A program made the translations under genes and the position numbers. A DNA stretch of 64,000 nt. Origin: Candidatus Babeliales bacterium (GTDB lineage: Bacteria; Babelota; Babeliae; Babelales; JANWKD01). Position 1 is the first letter of the stretch. Each line of letters begins with the position of its first letter. Below the pieces are notes generated by a model. That model was not told the DNA's origin. It did no database searches and saw only the letters and a list, made by a program, of their open reading frames with translations. This document shows, in pieces, positions 47,810 to 58,512 of this stretch. Where the stretch lies: NCBI GenBank assembly GCA_963762115.1, contig CAVXJH010000006.1, forward strand, positions 416,001 through 480,000. The letters are read 5' to 3'.

Positions 47810-49003
47810 ATGGTTTTGATGGAGTGTCGGTATAATTTTTTACAAAAAATTGTTGCGGCGTTTGATAAGGTACAAGTTCCTTTGATTGGTTTTGATGGAA
47901 AGAATTTAATACCTTTTTTAACGTATGATGACATTGGTATTTATCTTTTGATTCCAAAATTAGTACGGTTGTTAAATATATCACTAGATCGAGCTATCGA
48001 TCTTTTTTTTTATAGTTCACTTGGAATATCATTTCTGTTGGGTTTATGTGGATTTTTTCTTTTATATAAATCTTTTATAAATAGATTTATCATCTGTTTA
48101 GCATTTGCTTGTATGTATACTTTTTTATTAGTACGAGGTATTTCTGATGTTTATATATTTTATCTAGTTTCTATTTTTTCTGTTATACCTCTTTTTTTAT
48201 ATTTTATTTTAAAAAATAATGAATCGAACATATTTAATTATTTTATGATCTTTGCAGGGGTTGTTATTAATTCTTCTAGCTATATTAGATCGTATTCTTC
48301 GCTGCCGGTGATAGGATTTATTTTTTGTATGATACTTTTGAATCAAAAAATTTTACCTCTAAAAAAAATTATACTTCTGAGTTGTATGATTCTAGGAATT
48401 TGTATAGCTACATTATATTTTAAGGTTAACTTATACAGATATCAAAATTTTGCAAAAAACAATTTTGCTGTGTTTGATCAGCTACAGACAAAACATGTTT
48501 TTTGGCATCAAGTTTATTTAGGATTTGGTCTATTGAAAATAGAAAATAAGGATAATATTATCTGGGATGATTCGTTTGGAGAAAAAAAGGTGAGAGAAAA
48601 AATGCCAGATATTTCTTTGATTCAAACATCTGAATATGAAAATATATTAAAAAATGAGGTATTTGAGCTTCTGAAGCATCAAAGAGGATTTGTTATTTGG
48701 ACGATATTTGCTAAATTGGGCATTTTGCTGTGGTATATTATTTTATTTTCTAATATAGGGTTTTTGGCATTTTTATTTCTTAATAGAAGATGGGATTTAG
48801 ATTTGTCTTTTTTTTGTGCTTTTGTTTTGAGTAGCATTACTCCAATATTAACTTTACCATATTATTGTTATGCCTTAGGATTTATTACAATTTCATTTCT
48901 TTTTGGTCTTTTTTATATCAATGAATTTTTTATGTATTATCAATTAAAATATGAAAAGAGAAATAAACAAAATAATGAAAAAAATATACCAGTTATTGTT
49001 TAG
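47810..49003 (+). CDS. Multi-pass membrane protein, putative GT-C-fold transferase (paralog 4)
   Basis: YDDIGIYLLIPKL, YIRSYS, HVFWHQVYLG, WDD, WTIFAKLG; tandem duplicate of 46581. Confidence 0.65.
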   Translation: MVLMECRYNFLQKIVAAFDKVQVPLIGFDGKNLIPFLTYDDIGIYLLIPKLVRLLNISLDRAIDLFFYSSLGISFLLGLCGFFLLYKSFINRFIICLAFACMYTFLLVRGISDVYIFYLVSIFSVIPLFLYFILKNNESNIFNYFMIFAGVVINSSSYIRSYSSLPVIGFIFCMILLNQKILPLKKIILLSCMILGICIATLYFKVNLYRYQNFAKNNFAVFDQLQTKHVFWHQVYLGFGLLKIENKDNIIWDDSFGEKKVREKMPDISLIQTSEYENILKNEVFELLKHQRGFVIWTIFAKLGILLWYIILFSNIGFLAFLFLNRRWDLDLSFFCAFVLSSITPILTLPYYCYALGFITISFLFGLFYINEFFMYYQLKYEKRNKQNNEKNIPVIV

Positions 49004-49026
49004 TTTTAAAATGATTGTGGGAAAAA

Positions 49027-49968
49027 ATGAAGACAGGTTTTAAATTTTTTTTGTCTGTGTTGTTGTATTTATTAGTTTGTCAAACTTATTCTATTCAAAG
49101 ATATTATATAACAGGAAATGAATTTAAAAAATGTGCAGATTATATTGTTGAAAATCACGTGGCGCATTTTAATCCTAAAAATGTTCAAGAAAAAAGTATT
49201 ATTTTTGTTGATGCGTATTCTTTGCCTTATTTTTTTAAGCAAATTTTTCCATTAATAGAAAATTCCTTTTTTTTAATAACGCATAATGGCGATGGTTCTG
49301 CTCCTGGTGAATTTGTAAAATTTTTAAATGATCCTCGTATCATTATGTGGTTTGGTCAAAATTGTGATGTAATTCACCCTAAATTTTTTCCTATTCCAAT
49401 TGGCATTGCAAATTCTCACTGGCCACACGGAGATACAAGAATTTTTGATACTGTTTTGGATAGTTTAGAGATGAATTTAAGTAATAAAATTCATAAGCTT
49501 TATGTTAATTTCGGGTTAACAACAGATATATATAGATCTAAACACAATACAGTACCTTCATGTTATGATGCTGTACCGTTTAGAAAAAAATTATATGAAC
49601 AACTTAGAGAAAAATCATTTGTTTTTATTCCTGCACAAAATTTAATGGAACACTTTCAAAAACCTATAAAAGAATTTCTTATTGAGCTTTCGCAATATTT
49701 GTTTGTTTTAAGTCCTTTTGGAGGAGGATTGGATTGTTTAAGAACATGGGAAGCATTATTAGTTGGATCGATTCCTATTGTATATTCATCTACATTGAAT
49801 CCTTTGTATGAAGATTTGCCTGTAATTATTGTTACAAGCTGGGATGAAATTACGGAAGAATTTTTAGAAATGAAATATCAAGAGATAAAAGCTAAGAAGT
49901 ATAATAAAGAAAAATTATTTATGAATTATTGGAGAGATATGATCAAAGAATATAAGAATTTTAATTGA
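49027..49968 (+). CDS. Exostosin/GT47-like glycosyltransferase with signal peptide
   Basis: FVLSPFGGGLDCLRTWEALLVGSIPIV; LITHNGD, PIPIG. Confidence 0.75.
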   Translation: MKTGFKFFLSVLLYLLVCQTYSIQRYYITGNEFKKCADYIVENHVAHFNPKNVQEKSIIFVDAYSLPYFFKQIFPLIENSFFLITHNGDGSAPGEFVKFLNDPRIIMWFGQNCDVIHPKFFPIPIGIANSHWPHGDTRIFDTVLDSLEMNLSNKIHKLYVNFGLTTDIYRSKHNTVPSCYDAVPFRKKLYEQLREKSFVFIPAQNLMEHFQKPIKEFLIELSQYLFVLSPFGGGLDCLRTWEALLVGSIPIVYSSTLNPLYEDLPVIIVTSWDEITEEFLEMKYQEIKAKKYNKEKLFMNYWRDMIKEYKNFN

Positions 49969-49996
49969 TATAAAAATTATAAAAAAGAAAGGAATT

Positions 49997-50749
49997 ATGA
50001 AGATTAACTCACCTTATTGTTTTTTAACTTTTATTCTCATAGTTTTATATAGTAATGCAAAAACGCATCTTTCAGATGCTGATATTAATGCAATATATAA
50101 CACTTTTGTTAAACCTAATTATAGTAATGAATATAAAATGCGCTATAGTCCTTTGCCTTTACATAAAAATAATTTACCTTGGCGTTGGGAAGGAAAGGAT
50201 TTACCGCGAATTTTTGCGCTTTTAGAATTTGAGCGATTTATTGTTAAGAATAAAATTCATTGCAATAAAGGATTGGCTATAAATGGTTTAGATCCTGAGT
50301 GGAACTATTTACCGTATAAAAAAATTGTTCAAATTGAATACGCGGATAATCCTGAAAAATATGATCTACATACATTAAATTTGTCTCAAAAAGATTTTGA
50401 TTTTGTTATAGTGAATCAAACATTGGAACATGTTTATGATCCTATTAGATGTTTAGAAAATATATACAATCATATGGCTCCAGGTGGATTTTTGTATTTA
50501 AATGTTCCTGCAAATGGTATTCCACATGCCACTCCTTGGCATTATTACACAGGGTATACGCCTGTTGGGCTTGGCGCTATTGTTAAGGCTGCAGGATTTG
50601 AAATTTTAAGTATTGGTCAATGGGGAAATTTAGAATATCTTAAAAAAATGTTTGATACCAATTCTTGGCCAGATTATCTTCAGTTTACCAATCCGGGGTT
50701 AAATGATATGGATTGTCCTGTCATTGCTTGGATTTTTGCAGTTAAGTAG
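49997..50749 (+). CDS. Methyltransferase_11-like protein with signal peptide
   Basis: FDFVIVNQTLEHVYDP, PGGFLYLNVP, H..P.HY. Confidence 0.8.
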   Translation: MKINSPYCFLTFILIVLYSNAKTHLSDADINAIYNTFVKPNYSNEYKMRYSPLPLHKNNLPWRWEGKDLPRIFALLEFERFIVKNKIHCNKGLAINGLDPEWNYLPYKKIVQIEYADNPEKYDLHTLNLSQKDFDFVIVNQTLEHVYDPIRCLENIYNHMAPGGFLYLNVPANGIPHATPWHYYTGYTPVGLGAIVKAAGFEILSIGQWGNLEYLKKMFDTNSWPDYLQFTNPGLNDMDCPVIAWIFAVK

Positions 50750-50799
50750 GATAAAATGATTATAAAGAATTTGATAGATATAAAAAATAGGAAAAAATA

Positions 50800-51498
50800 A
50801 TGAAGTTGTTAAAAAAATTATTTGTGTTCATTACTTTGCCCTTATGTGTTTATGCAACAGAAGCGCAATTGTTGGTTGAGCATGTTAAGCAAAGTATTGA
50901 AAATGCGAAAATAGAAAAATCAAAATTAACAGAAGATATTCTTAATATCGGTGGTAAAACATCATCAAGAGTAAAGCATTTGTTAAATAATGTATGTAGT
51001 TTGCCATCAGCAAGATATCTTGAAATTGGCGTATTTCAAGGATCAACTTTCATCTCAGCTCTTTATCAAAATACAAATACATTGTTTGATGCAATAGCAA
51101 TTGATAATTGGTCTGAATTTGGTTATCAAAAAACAGCTTTTACCGAAAATGCTTTGCAGTTTTTACCTCAGAATTCATATAGATTATATGAACAAGACTC
51201 ATTTAGTATCTATTTAGATACTATTTTTGAACAACCTATTGATATATATTTTTATGATGGAAATCATTCTCGAGAAGCTCAACGACAAGCTTTTACCTAT
51301 TATAATAATGTTTTTGCAGATGTTTTTATTGCTATTGTTGATGATTGGAATTGGGAGCAAGTTAAAACGCCTACAAAACAAGCATTTGAAGAATTAGGTT
51401 ATACCATACTCTTTGAAGAGGAATTGCCAGCTCGATATGTCGGAGACTTGGAAAATTGGTGGAATGGTATTTATATTGCAGTAATTCAAAAAAATTAA
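50800..51498 (+). CDS. Methyltransferase_24-like protein with signal peptide
   Basis: YLEIGVFQGST, IDNW, YFYDGNH, IVDDWNW. Confidence 0.82.
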   Translation: MKLLKKLFVFITLPLCVYATEAQLLVEHVKQSIENAKIEKSKLTEDILNIGGKTSSRVKHLLNNVCSLPSARYLEIGVFQGSTFISALYQNTNTLFDAIAIDNWSEFGYQKTAFTENALQFLPQNSYRLYEQDSFSIYLDTIFEQPIDIYFYDGNHSREAQRQAFTYYNNVFADVFIAIVDDWNWEQVKTPTKQAFEELGYTILFEEELPARYVGDLENWWNGIYIAVIQKN

Positions 51499-51503
51499 TT
51501 AGA

Positions 51504-52307
51504 TTAATATTTTTTTGTAAGATCAAGTGTCATGAAAAAGCCTGACTTATGCCAACCGAAGATACATGCTGCACTATATGCAAACCACTGAATTGGCTTT
51601 GGTTTGTAATATAATAAATCGTGCTTAGTCACCGTGGCTTTTATTTCGTTAATATGTACGGGGTATTTTTTTAAAATATCCCGTATTTCTTTTTGCGTAT
51701 AAGCTTTTGTTCCCAAGCTCTCTTGATCATAAAAAAGCACATCGCTGAAACTGCGGAATGGTTTTCCGCTTAATAACCCGCATAAGAGATAGCGATAAAA
51801 AGCAAATAATGATCTTCGATTATAGATCATAATTTTAATCGAGCCGCCGGGCTTGGCAACGCGAATTATTTCTTCAAGACATTTGATGGTATCAGGTGAA
51901 TGATGAATGACGCCCCATGAATAAACAAGCTCAAATGTATTGTCTTGATAGGGTAAATGTTCAGCATCAGCAACATGTAATTCTTGTGATTGTAGATTAT
52001 ACAAGTTTAAACGATGAGTAACATTGGTAATTGCCTCTTGCGTTAAATCTATACCATGTGCTTGTGCACCTGCTTTGACCCATTGCAAAAAATCAGTGCC
52101 AGCACCAACACCAACTTCTAATATTTTTTTTCCATGAAAGCGAGTAAATTGAGCAAAAGAAAAAATTTCTGGCTCAAGTGAGTATCTAATTTTTTCTATT
52201 TCTTCAAAGTATTCTCGAGTAAATTTTTCTTTTTTAATAAATTCAGTCCCACAACTTGCTTGATTCCAATAATTATGAACTTCTTGTTTGAGATTTTCTT
52301 TATGCAT
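51504..52307 (-). CDS. Class I SAM-dependent methyltransferase
   Basis: ILEVGVGAGTD, DAEHLPY, YSWGVIHH, KPGG. Confidence 0.92.
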   Translation of the reverse strand: MHKENLKQEVHNYWNQASCGTEFIKKEKFTREYFEEIEKIRYSLEPEIFSFAQFTRFHGKKILEVGVGAGTDFLQWVKAGAQAHGIDLTQEAITNVTHRLNLYNLQSQELHVADAEHLPYQDNTFELVYSWGVIHHSPDTIKCLEEIIRVAKPGGSIKIMIYNRRSLFAFYRYLLCGLLSGKPFRSFSDVLFYDQESLGTKAYTQKEIRDILKKYPVHINEIKATVTKHDLLYYKPKPIQWFAYSAACIFGWHKSGFFMTLDLTKKY

Positions 52308-55083
52308 AACGCTCTCTTTTTATTTCCTTAAAGGCTATATTCTTTTTAAGTATGAATTGTTGAATGTTTTGCGTATGTTGATTCCACGTATAATTTTCGA
52401 GTGCCTTTTTGCGGGCATTTGTTCTCATTTTTTGTAAATCACTCTCCGATAGATTGCTCAATAAGCATGCTGCTTGTATAAAGTGTTCGACATTTTCAGG
52501 ATGCATCATAAACCCTATTTCATGGTTAACGGTAATAGCATTGTTAAAATTTTCTATTTTAAATGCAGGATTAATTATTTCAGAAAGTTGTTCTAAATCT
52601 GAAGCAATAATTGGTTTTCCCATACTTAAATATTCAAAAATTTTGGTAGGAGAGCCAAAGAATCGTGTTCCATCGGCATTTGGTTGTGTTGGTGATAAAA
52701 AAGCATCACAAGCAGCTAAAAATTCTTTTGCCTTATGATGGGGAATTGCTCCAGTAAACGTTACATTATCAAGAGTTATATGTTGTTTTTGCAATTCTAT
52801 TTCTAAGTATTTTTTTAATACGCCATCACCAATAAGCATAAAGTGTGCGTGGGGTTCCTGTTTTATTACTTCAGGGATCACTTGCGCTAAGAGTTCGATG
52901 CCATGCCAGTAAGAAAAAGTGCCAATAAAGCCAAAAACGAATTTATCTTCAAGACCATATTGTTTGTGGAGTGCCGTTCTTTGTCGAACAAGATTTTCTG
53001 GGTTAAATTGTTCAGTATCAACACCATTTGGATTAACGAGAATTTTATGCGCATTAATATTTCTTAGTATAAGTTCATCTTTAAGTGCTTGAGAAACAAC
53101 AACAATGTAATCGGCAGAATGTAAGTTTATATATTCAATAATCTTTGCCAAACCCATTAAATGCAGCCATTGTTTTTCTGCCCAAATGCGAAAGACCCAG
53201 ACTTCAGAGCCGTTGTATTCTAAAATTAAAGGAATTTTTTTTAATCTGCTGAGTAAAACACCGGTAAAATTAAGTAGACTGTATCGTTGATAAATGGCAT
53301 TAATTTTTTCGCATTTAAATAATTTTTTTATTTGTAGAGCAAAAAAGAAGGTTGAAAAAAAACAATCAAGATGCCATCGTAAATAGCCCAATTTCCAACG
53401 CATAAAACAAAAAATAGGCCATACTCGTAATGGTATAAAAGTAATATTCGGGGTCGTTTTTAAGATTGATTTCATTGCGGAAGATGCACACATGATCTTG
53501 CTTCCTGTATGCAAGAATCCATTAATTACACCAAGAGTATGAGTAATTGAGCCTCCAGTTTTGATTTCTTGTGAGCAAATATCGGTTCTTAAATAAAGAA
53601 TTGTACCAAATGAAGTTTTTGTATCTAATGTTCTTGAGCAAAAAATTTGAATAAAATTTTTTGTTTTTTGGGTAATTAAATTGGTAAGCCATTTTTTTTC
53701 ATCAGAGGTAATAATAGTGCTCATTAATAAAGCAAAAGGCCAACTTGTCAACAGTATAAATGAATAATACCAAGGAGCTGTATGGATGAATAATAGATTA
53801 AAAGTTATTATATACATAATAAAGAGAATGCATAAAGTAGCGATTTTTTTTGAATCGATAATTGTATGAGTGTATATTTTTGAGCACGTATAATAACTAA
53901 TTATTGCATAAAAAAGAAATGCTAAAGCATTTCCTGCTAAAATGCCAGGAAGGTTGTAACTACATAAAAAAAATAGTGTGCTCGTTTGTACGCAAAGCGC
54001 GATTAATGAGAGAATTGGTACATAAAAAGTTTTTAATGCTAATCCAAATCCAGTTTGTACTATGCGTGCAATTTCAAGAATTATAAGAGGAAGAAAAAAA
54101 AGAGGGAGATAATTTATTAAGAAAAAATATTTATAAGGAAATGCGATGGCAATAGCGCAACGAGCAACAAAAATTGCTAGAAGACAGCAACTTGTTAGCA
54201 TAATGCAGAAATAAGTAATTAGTTTTGAGATTAAAAAGTTACCATTTTCTTCTTTTTGTGCATTATAAAAAATAACCGGCGAAGCATCAATCATGGCTAT
54301 TGAAACAATTTGAAAGATTCCACCAAATTTCCATAACAATGCATAAATGCCTAAAGCTTCATATCCTAAAAAATTTTGTATGCATAATCGATCTACTGAA
54401 GAAAATCCTGTATAAATAACACTATATGCCAAGAGTGGAATGCTATAGATAAGTTGTTCTTTAAAAATAGTTTTAGAGAATTTACAATTTTTTAAAAAAA
54501 GATGAAAAAAGATTGGCATAAAAATAAAAAATGACACTAAATTGGCATAAAAAAATGATTTAATGCCAAAATTATATATAACACCTATCAAAGTACCAAT
54601 AATTGCTAAGAAATTTTGACCACAAAATAATGCCAAATAAAGCCATAATTTCTCGGTAACCCTCAAAAATGAAAGCACCATTGAAAATAGGCCAAAAAAT
54701 GAAACACTAAAAATGGTGATAATAATATAATCCGAGGAAAGTGAAAAAATATTAAAATAGAGCGATCCAAATATTAAACATGGTGCCAGTAGTGCATTTA
54801 CAAGAACAAATAAGAAAGCATTTCCCATTGCCTGCTGTTGCTTTAACGGATCATCTTTATAGAGTAAAAAAAATCGAGTCATTGAAATTGCAGCACAAGA
54901 GACAAGTAATAAAGTCCCTTGAGAAAAAAATAATTGATAAAATTCCCAAATGCCAATTTCAGTGAGCGTAAGCCGTGATAAGAAATACGGGAAAAATAAA
55001 AAACTTACTATGCGTATGAATATTCCGCTTATGCTATAAATAAAGCTGTTATATGCACCACGTTTTACATAACTTAAGAGCAT
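52300..55083 (-). CDS. Wzx-like flippase fused to a GT4 glycosyltransferase
   Basis: About 470 aa of TM-rich MOP-like sequence (YSIPL, DR..I...LG...LGIY), then a GT4 domain (NPNGVD, FIGTF..WHG, SPTKIFEYLSMGKPIIAS). Confidence 0.85.
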   Translation of the reverse strand: MLLSYVKRGAYNSFIYSISGIFIRIVSFLFFPYFLSRLTLTEIGIWEFYQLFFSQGTLLLVSCAAISMTRFFLLYKDDPLKQQQAMGNAFLFVLVNALLAPCLIFGSLYFNIFSLSSDYIIITIFSVSFFGLFSMVLSFLRVTEKLWLYLALFCGQNFLAIIGTLIGVIYNFGIKSFFYANLVSFFIFMPIFFHLFLKNCKFSKTIFKEQLIYSIPLLAYSVIYTGFSSVDRLCIQNFLGYEALGIYALLWKFGGIFQIVSIAMIDASPVIFYNAQKEENGNFLISKLITYFCIMLTSCCLLAIFVARCAIAIAFPYKYFFLINYLPLFFLPLIILEIARIVQTGFGLALKTFYVPILSLIALCVQTSTLFFLCSYNLPGILAGNALAFLFYAIISYYTCSKIYTHTIIDSKKIATLCILFIMYIITFNLLFIHTAPWYYSFILLTSWPFALLMSTIITSDEKKWLTNLITQKTKNFIQIFCSRTLDTKTSFGTILYLRTDICSQEIKTGGSITHTLGVINGFLHTGSKIMCASSAMKSILKTTPNITFIPLRVWPIFCFMRWKLGYLRWHLDCFFSTFFFALQIKKLFKCEKINAIYQRYSLLNFTGVLLSRLKKIPLILEYNGSEVWVFRIWAEKQWLHLMGLAKIIEYINLHSADYIVVVSQALKDELILRNINAHKILVNPNGVDTEQFNPENLVRQRTALHKQYGLEDKFVFGFIGTFSYWHGIELLAQVIPEVIKQEPHAHFMLIGDGVLKKYLEIELQKQHITLDNVTFTGAIPHHKAKEFLAACDAFLSPTQPNADGTRFFGSPTKIFEYLSMGKPIIASDLEQLSEIINPAFKIENFNNAITVNHEIGFMMHPENVEHFIQAACLLSNLSESDLQKMRTNARKKALENYTWNQHTQNIQQFILKKNIAFKEIKRERYA

Positions 55084-56345
55084 GCTGTTCCTTTATTTTT
55101 TGTTGCTAAAATAATCTTATCAACGTGGTGTTGCCAATCATGTTGTTCTGTAGCTTTTTTACGAGCACATTCACCCATTTTTAATTGATCCTGTTCTTGG
55201 AAATCAATCAACAAGCATGCTGCTTTGATGAAAGCGTTTTTATCGGTGGCGGGGATTGCAAAACCTACTTGATTAGTAATGTGGGCAGTATTCTCATCTA
55301 AGTTTTGTAAATTAAATGCCGGATAAATTAACTCACTAACTTGATCAAGATTGGAAGCGATAATAGGTTTCCCCATGCTCAGGTATTCAAAAATTTTTGT
55401 TGGTGATCCAAAAAATGGTGAACCATCGGGATTTGGTTGGGTTGGACATAAAAATGCATCACAGGCAGCCAAATATTCACGAGACTTGTGTTGAGGAATC
55501 AAACCTGTGCACGTAACATGGCCAGATTGTATGAATTCTCGCATGGCTGTATGAAAATAAGTAAATAACGGTCCATCGCCTATTAGGAGAAAGTGAACAT
55601 TTTTCTTTTGTGCTAGAATTTCAGGAATGATTGCTGCAAGCATTTCAATGCCATGCCACGCTGAAAATGTGCCAATGAAACCAAAAACAAAGGTATCTTG
55701 CATGTGTAATGTTTCACGAAGAGAGGTTCTCTCTTTTGTTAAGAGCGCAGGATTAAAGAGTTGTGTGTTAACGCCATTGGGATTTACTAATATTTTTGAT
55801 GCATTATAGCCGCGAGCAATAAGCTCATCTTTAAGTGGCTTTGAAACAACCACAATGAGATGGGCATAGTTTAAATTTATATGCTCAAAAAATTTAATGA
55901 GGGCTCTTAATGAAAGCCAATGCTTTTTTGTCCAAAACTTGTCAACCCAGATTTCCGAACCATTATATTCAAGAATACAATTTACTTTTTTGATACGACT
56001 TACTAAAACGCCCGTACAATTTAACAATGAATACCGTTGATAGATAAAATCTATTTTTTCTTGGCGTAGGTAGCGGATCGTTTGTAGGGTAAAGAAAAAA
56101 GATGATAGCAAGCAATTAATTTTCCAACGCAAAAAATGAACAAGGCTAGGATTTGCAAGAGTATATAATGCCGTTAATGGTAATTTTTGTAATGAATCAT
56201 GCATAAGGGAAGATGCACACAGCACTGAATAACCCAGCGATAAAAAGCCTTCAATGACTCCCAAGGTGTGTGCAACAGAACCGCCGGCAATAAGGGGTTT
56301 ATCGCAAATATCAGTGCGCAGGTAGAGTATTTTTTTTTGCATCAT
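55074..56345 (-). CDS. GT4 glycosyltransferase
   Basis: NPNGVN, FIGTFSAWHG, LLIGDGP, SPTKIFEYLSMGKPIIAS. Confidence 0.93.
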   Translation of the reverse strand: MMQKKILYLRTDICDKPLIAGGSVAHTLGVIEGFLSLGYSVLCASSLMHDSLQKLPLTALYTLANPSLVHFLRWKINCLLSSFFFTLQTIRYLRQEKIDFIYQRYSLLNCTGVLVSRIKKVNCILEYNGSEIWVDKFWTKKHWLSLRALIKFFEHINLNYAHLIVVVSKPLKDELIARGYNASKILVNPNGVNTQLFNPALLTKERTSLRETLHMQDTFVFGFIGTFSAWHGIEMLAAIIPEILAQKKNVHFLLIGDGPLFTYFHTAMREFIQSGHVTCTGLIPQHKSREYLAACDAFLCPTQPNPDGSPFFGSPTKIFEYLSMGKPIIASNLDQVSELIYPAFNLQNLDENTAHITNQVGFAIPATDKNAFIKAACLLIDFQEQDQLKMGECARKKATEQHDWQHHVDKIILATKNKGTACS

Positions 56346-58306
56346 ATGAGTTCATTGGCAATAAGATTTTGTAATGTCCACAATTGCACCGAATATTCAA
56401 ATTCAGGTTTTTGATGGTGTTCAAACATCGTGGTGACGGTGTTAACATCCAAGAATTCATGCCACATTTTGTTTTTGCTGTGCAACATATCTTGGAAATA
56501 GGGTTTGAAATACGCACCCTCTTTGAACCATCGTTTGGTTGGCGCAGCAAAGCCCATTTTTTTGCGATAAATTGTATCATAGGGCAAAATGCCTTCGCAT
56601 GCTTTTTTGAGAATATATTTGGTTATGCCATTTTTATATTTTAATGATGCAGGAATTTGTAGTGCGAATTCAACTAAGCGATGATCAAGAAAGGGTACTC
56701 GTGCTTCAACGGATGTTGCCATGGTCATTTTATCAACACGCATGAGCAGCAATTCTGGTAAGCGATGTTTGAGTTCAAGATAGATCATCGATGTTAAAAA
56801 ATCAGCATCTTTATTGTGTCGTTTTAGTTGATTTAAATGATATTCAACAACGGCATAACTATTAAAAATTTGATTAAATTCTGGATATATTTTTTCCACC
56901 ATTTCATCGTGCATTGGTACTAATTGAGCAGGTTGTATGATATTTTTTTTCCAGGTTTCAGAAAATGCTGTTGCGCCGCTCCAGAAAAAGCTTTTTCCAT
57001 CTGCCCAATTTTTGATCATATCAAGGCGATTTTGTTTTTGTGGAAATAACGTTGAAAGGAGTTGATAAGCAGTTTGTTTGGCAAAAGCGGGAATGAATTT
57101 TTGTGAAGGCTTCCAATAGCGATTGTAATAATCAAGATAGGTTGCATAACTGGAGTAACCACAGAATAATTCATCTGAACCTTCGCCAACTTGCACCACA
57201 ACAACGCCGGCATCTCTGAGTAATTTCGAAACATAATACAACGGAATGCACACACAATCTGCTAATGGTTCATCTTGGTGATACACCATTTTTTCAAAAA
57301 ATTGAAAAGCATCTTTTTCTGAAATCACCAGTTCATGATGTTCAGTGTTAAATTGGCGAGCAATTTTGCGTGCCCATTGCACTTCACTATATTCAGGGCC
57401 GTCATCAAATGAGACATTAAATGTTTTAACTTGTGGGGTGAATTCTGACATGAGCGCAACATTTAAACTTGAATCGATGCCACCTGAAAGAAAAACGCCG
57501 TAAGGAACATCTGACATCATTTGTTGTTTCACTGAATCACGAAGCATTGTGCGTAGAGTATCAACGCAAAATTGTTCATTGTTTACTAATTTTTTGTCAT
57601 ACATAATTTCTGGTTGCAGCGGCGTATACCATTCATGGAAAGTATACTGTTTTTGTGCATCAATCTTGAGATAATGGGATGCAGGTAATTTATAAATGCC
57701 TTTATAGAGTGTCATTGGTGCTGGTGTAATCATGTAAGTTAGATAATGATACAGTGCTTGTGGATTAAGTTCTTTAGTGATCCAAGGTAATGGCCAGAGT
57801 GCTTTAATTTCTGAGGCAAAACTCAATATTTCGCCTTCTACTGAAAAATAAAGAGGCTTTATACCAAGGCGATCACGCACTAAATAAAATTCATGGGTGC
57901 GTTTATCAAAAATGATTATTGAAAACATGCCATTTAATTTTTGTAATGTTTTTTCAATGCCCCATTCTTTATAGGCATGCACAATAGTTTCAGTATCAGA
58001 ATTGGATGAATAACGATAGCCTAACGCTTCGAGTTCTTTGCGTAGTTCTGGATGATTATAAATTTCACCATTGCACATAACCACAACTGATTGTTCTTTA
58101 TCCATCATTGGTTGAAATCCAGCTTCAGAAAGATCAAGGATGCTCAAGCGGCGATGAAAAAAGCCAACGCCATGTTCATTGTCAGTCCAAATACGATAAC
58201 CATCTGGCCCACGATGAGCAACTTGTTGTTGCATGCGCTCCAAGAGTGATTGATCAGGAGTAAAAGAACGTTTTGAAAGGTTGATATAGCCACCAAGTCC
58301 ACACAT
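56342..58306 (-). CDS. asnB: Asparagine synthase (glutamine-hydrolysing)-family amidotransferase
   Basis: MCG, HRGPD, RRLSILD, NGEIYN, RDRLGIKPLY, LSGGIDSS, GEGSDE, EARVPFLD, KMGF. Confidence 0.95.
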   Translation of the reverse strand: MCGLGGYINLSKRSFTPDQSLLERMQQQVAHRGPDGYRIWTDNEHGVGFFHRRLSILDLSEAGFQPMMDKEQSVVVMCNGEIYNHPELRKELEALGYRYSSNSDTETIVHAYKEWGIEKTLQKLNGMFSIIIFDKRTHEFYLVRDRLGIKPLYFSVEGEILSFASEIKALWPLPWITKELNPQALYHYLTYMITPAPMTLYKGIYKLPASHYLKIDAQKQYTFHEWYTPLQPEIMYDKKLVNNEQFCVDTLRTMLRDSVKQQMMSDVPYGVFLSGGIDSSLNVALMSEFTPQVKTFNVSFDDGPEYSEVQWARKIARQFNTEHHELVISEKDAFQFFEKMVYHQDEPLADCVCIPLYYVSKLLRDAGVVVVQVGEGSDELFCGYSSYATYLDYYNRYWKPSQKFIPAFAKQTAYQLLSTLFPQKQNRLDMIKNWADGKSFFWSGATAFSETWKKNIIQPAQLVPMHDEMVEKIYPEFNQIFNSYAVVEYHLNQLKRHNKDADFLTSMIYLELKHRLPELLLMRVDKMTMATSVEARVPFLDHRLVEFALQIPASLKYKNGITKYILKKACEGILPYDTIYRKKMGFAAPTKRWFKEGAYFKPYFQDMLHSKNKMWHEFLDVNTVTTMFEHHQKPEFEYSVQLWTLQNLIANELI

Positions 58307-58512
58307 AGTTCACCTTTTTTTTAAATGTTATTGGTATGGTGTAATGATTGCATTGTTTTCTACCATAACAAGAAGGTTATACCATGTAATTTTAAAAAGA
58401 TGAAATGTTGTATTTTTTATGGGTAATGTAAATATGGTGTTGAGAAATATTAATTATACATGTTAGAAAAAAACAAGAGTGAAAATATCAAAAAAGAAGG
58501 TGAATAAGAGCC

